A DNA stretch of 64,000 nucleotides from Lachnospiraceae bacterium. GTDB lineage: Bacteria; Bacillota; Clostridia; Lachnospirales; Lachnospiraceae. Shown here piece by piece: positions 24,816 to 34,622 of this stretch. The stretch is from positions 738 to 64,737 of the forward strand of contig JAZRZO010000020.1 in assembly GCA_045601405.1 (NCBI GenBank), in the 5' to 3' direction. Both the position numbers and the translations under genes were made by a program. Within the stretch, counting starts at the first letter, position 1. Each line of letters opens with the position of its first letter. The notes under the pieces are model-generated. The model was not told the origin of the DNA. It worked only from the letters and a program-made list of their open reading frames with translations, and made no database searches.

Positions 24816-26507
24816 GGAAAATGTCCCGAAAAAATTGAAACATTAGCCCCGGCTATTTTGCTGGGGCCAGTTTTATTTTGTGGGCTCTGCCCACACCCGT
24901 CCCTCGTCGGGAAGGCAGGGAAAGAAGTTGTTTACTTCTTTCCTGCTAAAAGGATAATCCGTGAGCTTTATGTCAAGAGGCTTTCGCGGCATAAGGAGCC
25001 TTCGGCTCATTATTCCACGGTCCTCTTGACAACAGCTCCGCTCCTATGCGATTTTTGTATCTTCATCATTCCAGTGGTGTTCCTGCTGCTTGACGAACTT
25101 TCCAAAGTGCTGACGTCGCCAAGGATGGTTCATTGGCGGGATATAAGTCTTTTTCGGCTTAGGTGGAGCGTAATCCATATCCAGATCTTTTGATTTTGCT
25201 TGATGTTCTGGTATTTCTTCCAGTGCGTAGATGTCTTTGTCGTTCACACAGCAGTATTTATGGCCATCAAAGGCCTGGATAAACATTACTTTGGTTCCTT
25301 TTTGATAGTGAACCTGATTCCCATTACCATCGATCATGCGATAGTATTTATTGGAATGTCTTAAACAGTGACCGGTATCTACAGTTCTTTCGCATAAAAC
25401 TGCAAGAATCAGGTTGATTTTTTCATTTTCCGGTTGCTCTACGAACACAGACTTGATACCATTAATGGGAAGCGAGAACTTCTCATTGAATTCCTTTATG
25501 TAGGAGTTAAGGAATTCATTGGCCGCGTCTATGGTCGTTATGCCTGCGAGTCTTAATTCGATTGGCAGGCGCGACTGTAGCGTCTGGTTTAATCGTTCAA
25601 CGCGTCCTTTCGCCTGAGGTACGCTACTCGATTCAAGTTCCACGCCGAACTGCTTGCAGGCGTAAGCGAACTGTGTATAGGTATCCTCATCAATGGATGG
25701 GGAGTTTTTCTTTTTGTAGGTAAAAACGGTACGGCGGTCAGTAAAAAACTTGTAGGGGATACCGTATGCTGTGAGGATCTGGTGGAATACGTGGTAGTAG
25801 CCATTCAGGGTTTCCTGTGTATCAAAGTATCCGCCGGTAATTCTTCCTGTAGCATCATCAATGGCTAAATGCAGGTGCCATATCTGGCCGGGAACCCATT
25901 CGAACGGAGAAGCGTCCATCTGCTCAAGCTCACCGAAATAAGCGGCTCTGGGGCGTCGGGAATGGGCGTCCTCAACAGCCACAAGATTCGTCTGTATCTG
26001 CTCAGCTTCTTTCTGTGTTTTAGCAGTTTCCTTTTCAACTTGTAGTTGTTTTTTGATTCTCTTCTTTTTAGCCTTTGTTACTTTAGGTGAGAAAATATAC
26101 TGTGCTTCAAGAATAGACATAACTGCAGATGCAGAGACGTGAATATCTTCATGCTTTCCTAATAACTCCGTGAAGTGTTCGAAGTTGGCGTCGTAGTATT
26201 TGGTGCGGTATAGGTCGACAATAAGAGTGCGGGTTTCCTCAGGAATAGTGTTGGCAGGTTTTCGCCCTCTGTTGCCGTGGATAAAGAACTCTTTACCATG
26301 ATTCCTGTAACCTTTAAGCATGCGGTTAATGTGTCTTACGGTACAATCAAGAGAGACCGCAGCTCTTTGCTTGTTTGGGTTTGGGTGATCTGCTAATGAC
26401 TTAATTACTTCATATTTCTTTTGTTCATCCATTGATAGTTCTACCTTTCTGATAATAGTCACCTCCATCTCTTGATGGAAGTATAATACCACTTTGGGAC
26501 ATTTTCC
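24816..26507 (-). mobile_element. Insertion sequence with single rve/DDE transposase (ISNCY/IS1202-like, family tentative)
   Basis: A 12-bp inverted repeat core, GGAAAATGTCCC (24816-24827) and GGGACATTTTCC (26496-26507), brackets the transposase gene. The exact ends and any target duplication are unresolved. Confidence 0.6.
25044..26468 (-). CDS. DDE (rve-core) transposase with N-terminal HTH
   Basis: KYEVIKSLADHPNPNKQRAAVSLDCTVRHINRMLKGYRNHGKEFFIHGNRGRKP, then LHLAIDDATG, FFTDRRTVF and AKGRVERLNQTLQ (D, D, E candidates). The ORF track extends to 26492. Confidence 0.8.
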   Translation of the reverse strand: MEVTIIRKVELSMDEQKKYEVIKSLADHPNPNKQRAAVSLDCTVRHINRMLKGYRNHGKEFFIHGNRGRKPANTIPEETRTLIVDLYRTKYYDANFEHFTELLGKHEDIHVSASAVMSILEAQYIFSPKVTKAKKKRIKKQLQVEKETAKTQKEAEQIQTNLVAVEDAHSRRPRAAYFGELEQMDASPFEWVPGQIWHLHLAIDDATGRITGGYFDTQETLNGYYHVFHQILTAYGIPYKFFTDRRTVFTYKKKNSPSIDEDTYTQFAYACKQFGVELESSSVPQAKGRVERLNQTLQSRLPIELRLAGITTIDAANEFLNSYIKEFNEKFSLPINGIKSVFVEQPENEKINLILAVLCERTVDTGHCLRHSNKYYRMIDGNGNQVHYQKGTKVMFIQAFDGHKYCCVNDKDIYALEEIPEHQAKSKDLDMDYAPPKPKKTYIPPMNHPWRRQHFGKFVKQQEHHWNDEDTKIA

Positions 26508-26573
26508 CTTGTGGTATATTAGGACATTATCAAAAATGGTTCATAAATGCTTTCTGGATCGGAAATTTTATTC

Positions 26574-26602
26574 TTGCAATGGCAGGTTATCTTTGGTAAA
26601 AT
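26574..26602 (+). promoter_or_regulatory. Promoter of rpmB
   Basis: -35 TTGCAA (26574-26579), 17-nt spacer, extended -10 TGgTAAAAT (26594-26602). Confidence 0.55.
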
Positions 26603-26650
26603 ACATCTCGTGCGTTATGCATTAAGTACTCTAAAAAGGAGGTGCTGAGT

Positions 26651-26836
26651 ATGGCAAAGTGTGATATCTGCGGCAAAGGCGTTCATTTTGGTAATGCTGT
26701 CAGCCATTCACACAGAAGGTCTAATAAGATCTGGAAATCAAACATCAAGTCTGTAAAGGTTAAGACCACAGGCGGTGCAAAAACTATGCACATATGTACT
26801 TCCTGCTTAAGATCCGGCAAAGTGGAAAGAGTATAA
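26651..26836 (+). CDS. rpmB: 50S ribosomal protein L28
   Basis: MAKCDICGKGVHFGNAVSHSHRRSNKIWKSNIKSVKV. AAGGAGG RBS before ATG 26651. Confidence 0.95.
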   Translation: MAKCDICGKGVHFGNAVSHSHRRSNKIWKSNIKSVKVKTTGGAKTMHICTSCLRSGKVERV

Positions 26837-26879
26837 AACAACTTTATATTTATGTATAATTAGTTTATAATACAGAGCA

Positions 26880-26905
26880 ATAAACAGCATATGCTGTTTT
26901 TTGTT
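26880..26905 (+). terminator. Rho-independent terminator of rpmB
   Basis: AACAGC ATAT GCTGTT palindrome (26883-26898) followed by TTTTTGTTTTGTTTTTT. Confidence 0.75.
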
Positions 26906-26929
26906 TTGTTTTTTAATCGGAGGCCTTTT

Positions 26930-27286
26930 ATGAAAGGAAAGTACACCACTGACACCGGAACCGTCATTGTGGAAAACAGCGTTATAGCAAAACTTGCGGG
27001 GCTCACCGCTCTTGAATGCGCAGGTATAGTGGGGATGTCGGCTCTGAGCAAGAGAGACGGCATTGTTAAGATGCTTACCAGAAACAGCATTGCGAAAGGT
27101 ATACAGGTAGAGGTCCAGAACAATGATGTATTCCTGGAGTTTCACGTCATTGTCGCCTTTGGTGTATCAATAAAGACAGTGGCTGCCAATCTGATGGATG
27201 CGGTCAGATACAGCGTTGAAAGCGCTACCGATTTTACGGTAAAAAAGATCAGCATCATTGTTGAAGGCGTCAGAGTTATTGATTAA
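26930..27286 (+). CDS. Asp23/Gls24-family (alkaline shock) protein
   Basis: GTVIVENSVIAKLAGLTALECAGIVGM. ATG 26930 follows GGAGG. The track start at 26891 lies inside the rpmB terminator. Confidence 0.85.
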   Translation: MKGKYTTDTGTVIVENSVIAKLAGLTALECAGIVGMSALSKRDGIVKMLTRNSIAKGIQVEVQNNDVFLEFHVIVAFGVSIKTVAANLMDAVRYSVESATDFTVKKISIIVEGVRVID

Positions 27287-27300
27287 GGAGGCTTAAGGGC

Positions 27301-29043
27301 GTGTATAAAGTGATAAAAGCCAGACAGCTTAAGGCAATGTTCCTTTCGGGAACCAGAAGCCTTAGCGGAAAAAGGGAATGGATAAACGAGCTGAATGTGT
27401 TTCCTGTGCCTGACGGAGACACCGGAACGAATATGATGCTCACGCTTATGAATGCAGTTGACGCAATAAGAGATCTTTCGGACGATGCCGGCCTTCATGA
27501 TGTTTGCAGCTGCATTGCTTTAGGCACACTGCGCGGAGCAAGAGGCAACTCGGGTGTTATCATGTCACAGCTTTGCAGAGGCTTTGCGAAGGAATGTGAG
27601 AACGTGGACGAGGTTGATAAAGATGTTATAAAAAGAGCTTTTGAAAGGGCCGTAGCAACTGCGTATAAGGCAGTGATGAAGCCCAAAGAGGGCACTATGC
27701 TCACAGTTGCGAAAGCAGGAGTATTAAAGGCGGAAGAACTATGCGGGACGGATATGTCTATGGAGGAATATCTCGGAGAGATAATAGCGTATCAGTATGA
27801 TGTGCTTCAGAAAACGCCGGATATGCTTCCGGTTCTGAAGGAAGCGGGAGTAGTTGATTCGGGAGGACAGGGCCTGTATGAATTCCTTAAAGGTGCTCAT
27901 GAGGCACTTGTCAATGATTATGATATTAATGATATTGTGCTTACAGATGATGAAGGAGGATATGTGCACTCTGGCGGGCGCGCAGAAGTTGATTCGTCTG
28001 ATATAGAAACGTCTGATATCAAATTCGGCTACTGTACGGAATACATAATTGAACTGGATAAAGACTTTGGTGAGTCAGAGGAAAATGCGTTCAAGTCATT
28101 CCTTTCTTCTATCGGAGATTCTCTGGTCTGCGTCAGCATGGAAAATATAGTCAAAGTTCATGTACATACCGACCATCCCGGTCAGGCTATAGAAAAAGCT
28201 CTTGAATATGGAGCTCTTACAAACCTTAAGATCGACAATATGAGGATGGAGCACAATGAAAAAGTTATAAAAGAGGCAGACCGGAAGGCATTTAATGAAA
28301 AAAATGAAGCTGCAGTAAGATCAGAGCCTGAAGCGGGTCCATCACCTTCTGATGTAACTGCGCAATTTTGTGCCCCTAAAAGAAAAGAAGCCGGTTTTGT
28401 AACAGTGTGTTCGGGTGACGGCATAGCCGACATATTTAAGGGAATGAGTGTGGATGAGGTCATCGAAGGCGGTCAGACGATGAATCCGAGCACAGAGGAT
28501 ATCATAGCTGCGATAGACAGGGTCAATGCAGACAATGTTTTCATTTTCCCGAACAACAGCAATATAATCCTGGCGGCCAACCAGGCAGCCGGAATATATG
28601 AAGGAAAAAATGTTGTGGTAATACCGACAAAAACTGTTGTCCAGGGAATTAATGCCTTTATAAGCTACGTGCCGGCCCTTTCCGTTGAGGATAATACGGT
28701 TCAGATGACGGAAGCTGCCGCGGACATAAAAACAGGCGAGGTTACTTATTCCATTAGGGATACAGAGATAGACGGACAAAAAATAAACAAAGGTGACTAT
28801 ATGGGCATTGCGGACGGTCATATCGCCAGCGCGGGCACAGATATAAAGCAGGTTGTAATAGACACTGTGAAATATATGTCGGATGATATGACAGAGTTGA
28901 TAACCATTTATTATGGGGCGGAAGCAGACAGCGCCGGAGCTGAAGCCATCTCAGAGGAGCTTGAAGCCATCCTGGAGGACGCTGATATTGAAGTAGCTTA
29001 CGGAGGACAGCCTGTATATTATTACATTATTTCCGCAGAATGA
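27301..29043 (+). CDS. yloV: DAK2-domain fusion protein YloV
   Basis: LNVFPVPDGDTGTNM and GARGNSGVI DAK2 motifs. Conserved position between asp23 and recG. Confidence 0.9.
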   Translation: MYKVIKARQLKAMFLSGTRSLSGKREWINELNVFPVPDGDTGTNMMLTLMNAVDAIRDLSDDAGLHDVCSCIALGTLRGARGNSGVIMSQLCRGFAKECENVDEVDKDVIKRAFERAVATAYKAVMKPKEGTMLTVAKAGVLKAEELCGTDMSMEEYLGEIIAYQYDVLQKTPDMLPVLKEAGVVDSGGQGLYEFLKGAHEALVNDYDINDIVLTDDEGGYVHSGGRAEVDSSDIETSDIKFGYCTEYIIELDKDFGESEENAFKSFLSSIGDSLVCVSMENIVKVHVHTDHPGQAIEKALEYGALTNLKIDNMRMEHNEKVIKEADRKAFNEKNEAAVRSEPEAGPSPSDVTAQFCAPKRKEAGFVTVCSGDGIADIFKGMSVDEVIEGGQTMNPSTEDIIAAIDRVNADNVFIFPNNSNIILAANQAAGIYEGKNVVVIPTKTVVQGINAFISYVPALSVEDNTVQMTEAAADIKTGEVTYSIRDTEIDGQKINKGDYMGIADGHIASAGTDIKQVVIDTVKYMSDDMTELITIYYGAEADSAGAEAISEELEAILEDADIEVAYGGQPVYYYIISAE

Positions 29044-29049
29044 TAAATA

Positions 29050-31107
29050 ATGGAGCTTACAAGCCTTAAGGGTATAGGAGAAAAAACAGCAGCAGGCTTT
29101 GAAAAACTGGGAGTTCATGATCAAAAGGACCTTCTTGAGTTCTTTCCCCGCGGTCATGAACTTTTTTTTGAGCCTGAAACAATAGGGGAGATAGGATATA
29201 AGACTTTTGCGACAGTCAGGGGCGTATTTGCTGAACCTTTGTTCATGCGAAGGGTAAAAAAACTGTCGATCGTAACCGGAACCTTAAGGGATGAGATCGG
29301 AGGCACCATAAAGGTAACATGGTTTAACGCCCCTTATATCAAGGATCAGATAAAAACCGGACAGCTCTATATTTTGAAGGGCAGAGTATCGCATAAATAT
29401 AACACTTCCGGCCTTGTACAGCCGAAGGTCTACACTCCGGAGGCTTATGAAGAGCTGAAAGGAAAAATGCTTCCCGTATATAACACCGTAAAAGGGCTTT
29501 CAAACCATCAGATCACGATGGCCGTAAAGCAGGCGATGGCAGGAGAAGCCTTTGGGCTTCTGGACCGGGATGATATCCTCCCGAAGGCGCTCAGGGAGAG
29601 ACTTTGCCTTATCGATAAAAGCAGGGCAGTAAAAAACATGCATTTCCCGGAAAACAGACGGCTGTTATCAGAAGCGGCATACAGGCTTTCGTTTGAAGAG
29701 ATATTCCTCTTTATCCTCGCCATGAAAAAAAACAGTGACAAGCTTTTGCCGGATACTGATATCGTCATACCTCCGGGCTCGAATACCGACGCATTTCTAG
29801 AGAATCTGCCATTTGAGCTTACCGGCGCGCAGAAAAAAGTGATCGACCAGATAAGAGCTGATCTTTGTTCGCGCCATGCTGCGAACAGGCTGATACAGGG
29901 GGATGTGGGAAGCGGTAAGACCATGGTGGCTCTTGCCGCGCTGATGGATTGCGCTTATGCCGGATACCAGGGGGCGTTGATGGCTCCGACAGAGGTTCTG
30001 GCGCGGCAGCACTATGATAATATCACCTCGATGTTTAAGGAGGCCGGAATAAAGCTGAATGTTGTGCTTCTTACGGGGTCAATGACAGCCCTCGAAAAAA
30101 AGGTGGTATATGACGCGCTTGAAGACGGCAGAGCTGATATAGTGCTGGGCACGCATGCCCTGTTCCAGGAAAAGGTGAAATACCGTGATCTAGGGGTAGT
30201 GATCACGGATGAACAGCACCGTTTCGGGATCAGACAGAGGCGGGCGCTCGCGCAAAAGGCGGGCGGCAAGGGAAGCATCCCGCACACCTTCGTTATGAGT
30301 GCCACCCCTATTCCAAGAACACTTGCTCTTATCCTGTACGGAAATATGGCTGTTTCTGTTCTTGATGAGATGCCGGTGGGAAGGCTGCCGATAAAGAACG
30401 CCGTGGTTGACGAAAGCTACAGAAAAAACGCGTATTCATTTATAGAAAAGCAGATAAAGAAAGGGCGCCAGATATACGTGATATGTCCGTTGATAGAATA
30501 TTCCGAAGGGATGGAAGCTGCGAATGTTACAGACCATTCCGAAATGCTGAAGGACGTTATGGGCGAGTCGGTTAAAATAGATGTACTTCACGGACAGATG
30601 AGCGCTGATAAGAAAAATGAAGTGATGGAACGCTTTGCGTCGGGCAAAACAGATATACTTGTATCAACGACCGTTGTCGAGGTGGGAGTTGACGTTCCAA
30701 ACGCAACAGTAATGATGATAGAAGATGCCGACAGGTTTGGTCTTGCCACTCTTCATCAGCTCAGGGGCAGGGTTGGCCGCGGAAAAGAGCAGAGCTACTG
30801 TATTTTTGTATGCTCATCACACTCAAAGGAGGCCAGAGAAAGGCTGGAGATACTTCTTAATTCCAATGATGGCTTTGAAATAGCATCTAAGGATCTTAGC
30901 ATGAGAGGGCCCGGCGAATTTGGCGGAACACGGCAGAGCGGCGCGCTATCCTTCAGAAACTTTGATATACAAAGAGATATACACATCGCAGAAAAGGCAC
31001 AGGAGGCAGTGGAGGAATACTTATCCGGCAGCATGGAGCTGTCGGAGAGGGAAAGCGTGGCTCTTGAAGGTGCTGCGTCAGCTGCCGCCGGTAGCATACT
31101 TCTGTGA
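29050..31107 (+). CDS. recG: ATP-dependent DNA helicase RecG
   Basis: GDVGSGKT Walker A, DEQHRFG, TATPIPRT-like SATPIPRT, LHQLRGRVGRG. Confidence 0.95.
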   Translation: MELTSLKGIGEKTAAGFEKLGVHDQKDLLEFFPRGHELFFEPETIGEIGYKTFATVRGVFAEPLFMRRVKKLSIVTGTLRDEIGGTIKVTWFNAPYIKDQIKTGQLYILKGRVSHKYNTSGLVQPKVYTPEAYEELKGKMLPVYNTVKGLSNHQITMAVKQAMAGEAFGLLDRDDILPKALRERLCLIDKSRAVKNMHFPENRRLLSEAAYRLSFEEIFLFILAMKKNSDKLLPDTDIVIPPGSNTDAFLENLPFELTGAQKKVIDQIRADLCSRHAANRLIQGDVGSGKTMVALAALMDCAYAGYQGALMAPTEVLARQHYDNITSMFKEAGIKLNVVLLTGSMTALEKKVVYDALEDGRADIVLGTHALFQEKVKYRDLGVVITDEQHRFGIRQRRALAQKAGGKGSIPHTFVMSATPIPRTLALILYGNMAVSVLDEMPVGRLPIKNAVVDESYRKNAYSFIEKQIKKGRQIYVICPLIEYSEGMEAANVTDHSEMLKDVMGESVKIDVLHGQMSADKKNEVMERFASGKTDILVSTTVVEVGVDVPNATVMMIEDADRFGLATLHQLRGRVGRGKEQSYCIFVCSSHSKEARERLEILLNSNDGFEIASKDLSMRGPGEFGGTRQSGALSFRNFDIQRDIHIAEKAQEAVEEYLSGSMELSERESVALEGAASAAAGSILL

Positions 31108-31150
31108 TCTGTGATATATTATCAGTACAGGATCTGACAGGTAATATATT

Positions 31151-32164
31151 ATGAACATAGTAGTTTTATGCGGCGGAATCAGCACTGAGAGAGAAATAAG
31201 CTTCAGGACATCGGCAAAAGCAGCAGAGGCGTTGAGCAACAGAGGTCACAATGTGATACTGGCAGATGTTTTGTTCGGAATGGATGAGATCCCCCCTTTT
31301 ATGTATAAAAGCCGGGATTATTTTGCCATAGCTGATGAATACAGAAAAAAAGACCATCTGATTAATGATGAGCTTAAGAAAAAAAGCCCGTTATTGGGGC
31401 CGAATATCCTGGATATCTGCAAGGAAGCGGACATAGTGTTCATCGGGCTTCACGGGAAAAACGGTGAAGACGGAAAAATACAGCAGGTTTTTGAATCTGA
31501 AGGCATAAAATATACCGGATCGGATTCGGCAAGCAGCGCGATCACAATGAGCAAGGAAAAAACAAAAGAACTCCTGTCAAAGCATTTTCTCATGCCTGCG
31601 GGGACGGTCGTAAACAAAGGAGAAGCTGTTCCGGAGGATATTCCCGTTCCTTGTGTTATCAAGCCCAGCAACGGAGGGTCGAGCGTGGGAGTACTGATGA
31701 TCAAGGACCGGAATGAGCTGGAAAAAGCCTTCGAGGAGGTGTTCCGGCTGGACGATACGGCGTTGGTAGAGGAATTTATCAACGGTCGTGAGCTTACTCA
31801 GGCGGTGCTTGACGGCAAAGCTCTTCCTCCGGTTGAGATCATCCCTGAGAGAGGCAGCTGGTATGACTACGAAAACAAATATAACGGACAAACAAAAGAG
31901 GTATGCCCCGCGGATATACCTGCGGATGTATTGGAGAAAATGTCTGATATATCAGTTGAGTTCGGAGAAATGTTAGGTCTTTCCGTTTATTACAGGATCG
32001 ACTATCTCCTGGACGAGAGCGGAAGGCTGTTTGCGCTTGAGGCAAACTCTCTTCCGGGCATGACAGACACATCGCTGCTTCCGCAGGAGGCGAGGGCAGC
32101 AGGGATCGACTATCCGTCGCTCTGTGAAAAGATAATAGAGGTATCATTGGAAAAATACAGATAG
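31151..32164 (+). CDS. ddl: D-alanine--D-alanine ligase
   Basis: GGISTEREISFRTS, VFIGLHGKNGEDGKIQ, EANSLPGMT. Confidence 0.9.
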   Translation: MNIVVLCGGISTEREISFRTSAKAAEALSNRGHNVILADVLFGMDEIPPFMYKSRDYFAIADEYRKKDHLINDELKKKSPLLGPNILDICKEADIVFIGLHGKNGEDGKIQQVFESEGIKYTGSDSASSAITMSKEKTKELLSKHFLMPAGTVVNKGEAVPEDIPVPCVIKPSNGGSSVGVLMIKDRNELEKAFEEVFRLDDTALVEEFINGRELTQAVLDGKALPPVEIIPERGSWYDYENKYNGQTKEVCPADIPADVLEKMSDISVEFGEMLGLSVYYRIDYLLDESGRLFALEANSLPGMTDTSLLPQEARAAGIDYPSLCEKIIEVSLEKYR

Positions 32165-32166
32165 TT

Positions 32167-33543
32167 ATGAAGAATATTACATTAAGAAAACTTGAGGAAG
32201 TAACTAAAGGCAGAGTATTCGGCGGCGAAAGACTGATGGATCTTGAGATATCATCGATCATAACGGACAGCCGGAAAGTGAAGGACGACTCGCTCTTTAT
32301 ATGCATAAAGGGTGAACGCTCGGACGGCCATGACTTCGCGCCCCGCGCGATAGAGAACGGCGCCCTGGCGGTTGTATCTGAGAAAGAGATGCCGCGCTTT
32401 CCGGGAGCGTATCTTCTGGTGGACTCAACCTTTGAGGCGGCAAAGGATATAGCGGCATTTTACAGAGAAAACCTTGATGCTCAATTTATAGGCATCACAG
32501 GAAGTGTGGGAAAAACAAGCACAAAGGAATTCATCTCGGAGGTATTGAGCCGCAAATACCGCGTACACAAGACGGCAGGCAATCTCAATAATGAGTGGGG
32601 AGTTCCTTATACTATCTTTGCGATGAAGGAGTCGGCTCAGATCGCAATAATAGAGATGGGAACAAATCATTTCGGTGAAATAGAGAGACTGGGCAGGATA
32701 GTTAAGCCGGATATGGCAGTGATAACAAATATAGGACAGAGCCATCTTGAAAATTTCGGAACGAGAGAAGGGGTTTTCAAGGAAAAGACTTCGATGTTTA
32801 AATATCTGGCAAATGACGGAAAGATAATACTGAACGGAGATGATGACCTTCTTTCGAGGCTCCGCAGCGTTAGAGGCATAACGCCCAAGTTCTTCGGACT
32901 GGGAAAGGACGTGGACCTTTGCGCGGAAAACATTAAGCTAAAAGGTCTTGAGGGCAGTGAGTTCGACATCGTATTAAGAGAAGGCGGCGCGAAAATGGCT
33001 ATGCGTGTGGATATGCCGGTTCCGGGCAGTAAGATGATATATAACGCACTTGCCGCGTATCTGGTGGGAACGGAATACGGGCTTTCACCTCTTATGATAA
33101 AAGATGCCATAGAAAATCTTTCCACTATGGTCGGAAGGAATAACATCATCAAGACGGATGAATATGTGGTGCTTGATGATTGCTATAATGCATCCCCGGC
33201 ATCTATGGAGGCAGCAATTGATATACTGAAAATGGCCAATGAACGTAAGGTGGCTATATTGGGAGATATGCTCGAGCTTGGCGAAGACAGCGGTAAGTTC
33301 CACTATCAGGTAGGGAAATACGCTGCCGATGCCGGTATAGATATCATCATCTGCATAGGCAGCCTGAGCGAGAAGACTTATATGGGCGCAAAGATGAACT
33401 CAGATAAAAGAGCAGAGTATTTTTCCGACATAATAAGCTGCATGAACGCGCTCCCGAACATCCTTCATTCAGGTGATAACATCCTTGTTAAAGCATCAAA
33501 TTCGATGAATTTTAAAGAAATAGTTGATTTCCTTACAAAATGA
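32167..33543 (+). CDS. murF: UDP-N-acetylmuramoyl-tripeptide--D-alanyl-D-alanine ligase
   Basis: ITGSVGKTSTKE P-loop, DDCYNASPASM, GDMLELG. Confidence 0.9.
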   Translation: MKNITLRKLEEVTKGRVFGGERLMDLEISSIITDSRKVKDDSLFICIKGERSDGHDFAPRAIENGALAVVSEKEMPRFPGAYLLVDSTFEAAKDIAAFYRENLDAQFIGITGSVGKTSTKEFISEVLSRKYRVHKTAGNLNNEWGVPYTIFAMKESAQIAIIEMGTNHFGEIERLGRIVKPDMAVITNIGQSHLENFGTREGVFKEKTSMFKYLANDGKIILNGDDDLLSRLRSVRGITPKFFGLGKDVDLCAENIKLKGLEGSEFDIVLREGGAKMAMRVDMPVPGSKMIYNALAAYLVGTEYGLSPLMIKDAIENLSTMVGRNNIIKTDEYVVLDDCYNASPASMEAAIDILKMANERKVAILGDMLELGEDSGKFHYQVGKYAADAGIDIIICIGSLSEKTYMGAKMNSDKRAEYFSDIISCMNALPNILHSGDNILVKASNSMNFKEIVDFLTK

Positions 33544-34604
33544 AGGTTTTTAATGACACAACAGATATCATCCCGGGGTATGACCTGGAAAGCATAGCAC
33601 CATTAGAGGATATCCTGTTCTTTGACATAGAAACAACAGGGCTGAGGAAAGAAAGCACCCAGGTCTATCTGATAGGCTGTGCGTTTTATGAAAACAACAG
33701 GTGGAATATAAGACAATATCTTACACGGAGCGCGCTGGACGAGCAGGCAGTGCTTGAGGAGTTCTTTAGATTTGCCGGAGGCTTTACGACCCTGATACAC
33801 TTTAACGGAGACGGCTTTGATATACCTTATCTCAGGTACAAGGCGGAGCATTATCTAATTGACAGCGGACTTGAAAGGCTTAAAAGCTTTGATATCTTCA
33901 AGCGGGCTAAACAGCTGAAAAAGCTTCTCGGACTGCATAGTATGAAGCAGCGCGCCATAGAGGATTTTTTTAAGATAGACAGGCTCGACAAATTAGACGG
34001 AGGTCTGCTCATACCTTATTATTTCGAATATGAGAGGAGCCTGGATACTGATGCGGAAAGGCTGATGCTGCTCCACAATTATGAAGATATAACCGGCATG
34101 CTGAAGATCATGGGAGTTCTTAACTACAACTCGATCACGGAGGGTGCCTTCAGCTTTCGCACGATGAAGGAGACCGACGGCAAAGCGATAATTGAATATT
34201 CTCTTGACGGGAGTGTGCCCGTCGCTATAGAAAGGCATTTCGCCGATGAGAGCGTGGTCATACAGGCAGATAAAGACCGGCTCACACTCAATGTAAAGGT
34301 ATATGAGGGCTGTGCGCTGATGCCGGTCAAGGATATAGAAAATTATTACTATCTTCCCGATGAGGACATTATAGTCCATAAGACCGTGGCGGATTTTGTT
34401 GACAGAAAGCATAGAAAAAAAGCGAATAAAAACAACTGTTTTCTAAAAAAAGAAGGGAGATTCCTTCCGCAGAAGCATGAGCTTTTTTCACCTTCATATG
34501 TTTTGAAGGAGGATAAAAAAAAACACTTTTTTGAGCTTGCTGACAGCATGGATCTGAATGAGAGGCTTATGGTCAGATATGCACTTGATATAATGAGTTT
34601 TTGA
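33540..34604 (+). CDS. RNase H-like/exonuclease-fold protein (YprB-like)
   Basis: ILFFDIETTGL (the DxE of DEDD-type exonucleases) and HFNGDGFDIPYL. Confidence 0.65.
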   Translation: MKVFNDTTDIIPGYDLESIAPLEDILFFDIETTGLRKESTQVYLIGCAFYENNRWNIRQYLTRSALDEQAVLEEFFRFAGGFTTLIHFNGDGFDIPYLRYKAEHYLIDSGLERLKSFDIFKRAKQLKKLLGLHSMKQRAIEDFFKIDRLDKLDGGLLIPYYFEYERSLDTDAERLMLLHNYEDITGMLKIMGVLNYNSITEGAFSFRTMKETDGKAIIEYSLDGSVPVAIERHFADESVVIQADKDRLTLNVKVYEGCALMPVKDIENYYYLPDEDIIVHKTVADFVDRKHRKKANKNNCFLKKEGRFLPQKHELFSPSYVLKEDKKKHFFELADSMDLNERLMVRYALDIMSF

Positions 34605-34622
34605 TAATATAATCATGGAATT

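Noticed and set aside
24780-25193. Plus-strand ORF 24780..25193 (137 aa) between uvrC and the transposase
   Set aside because: It spans the IS inverted repeat and runs antisense into the 3' end of the transposase gene. It has no RBS or motifs.
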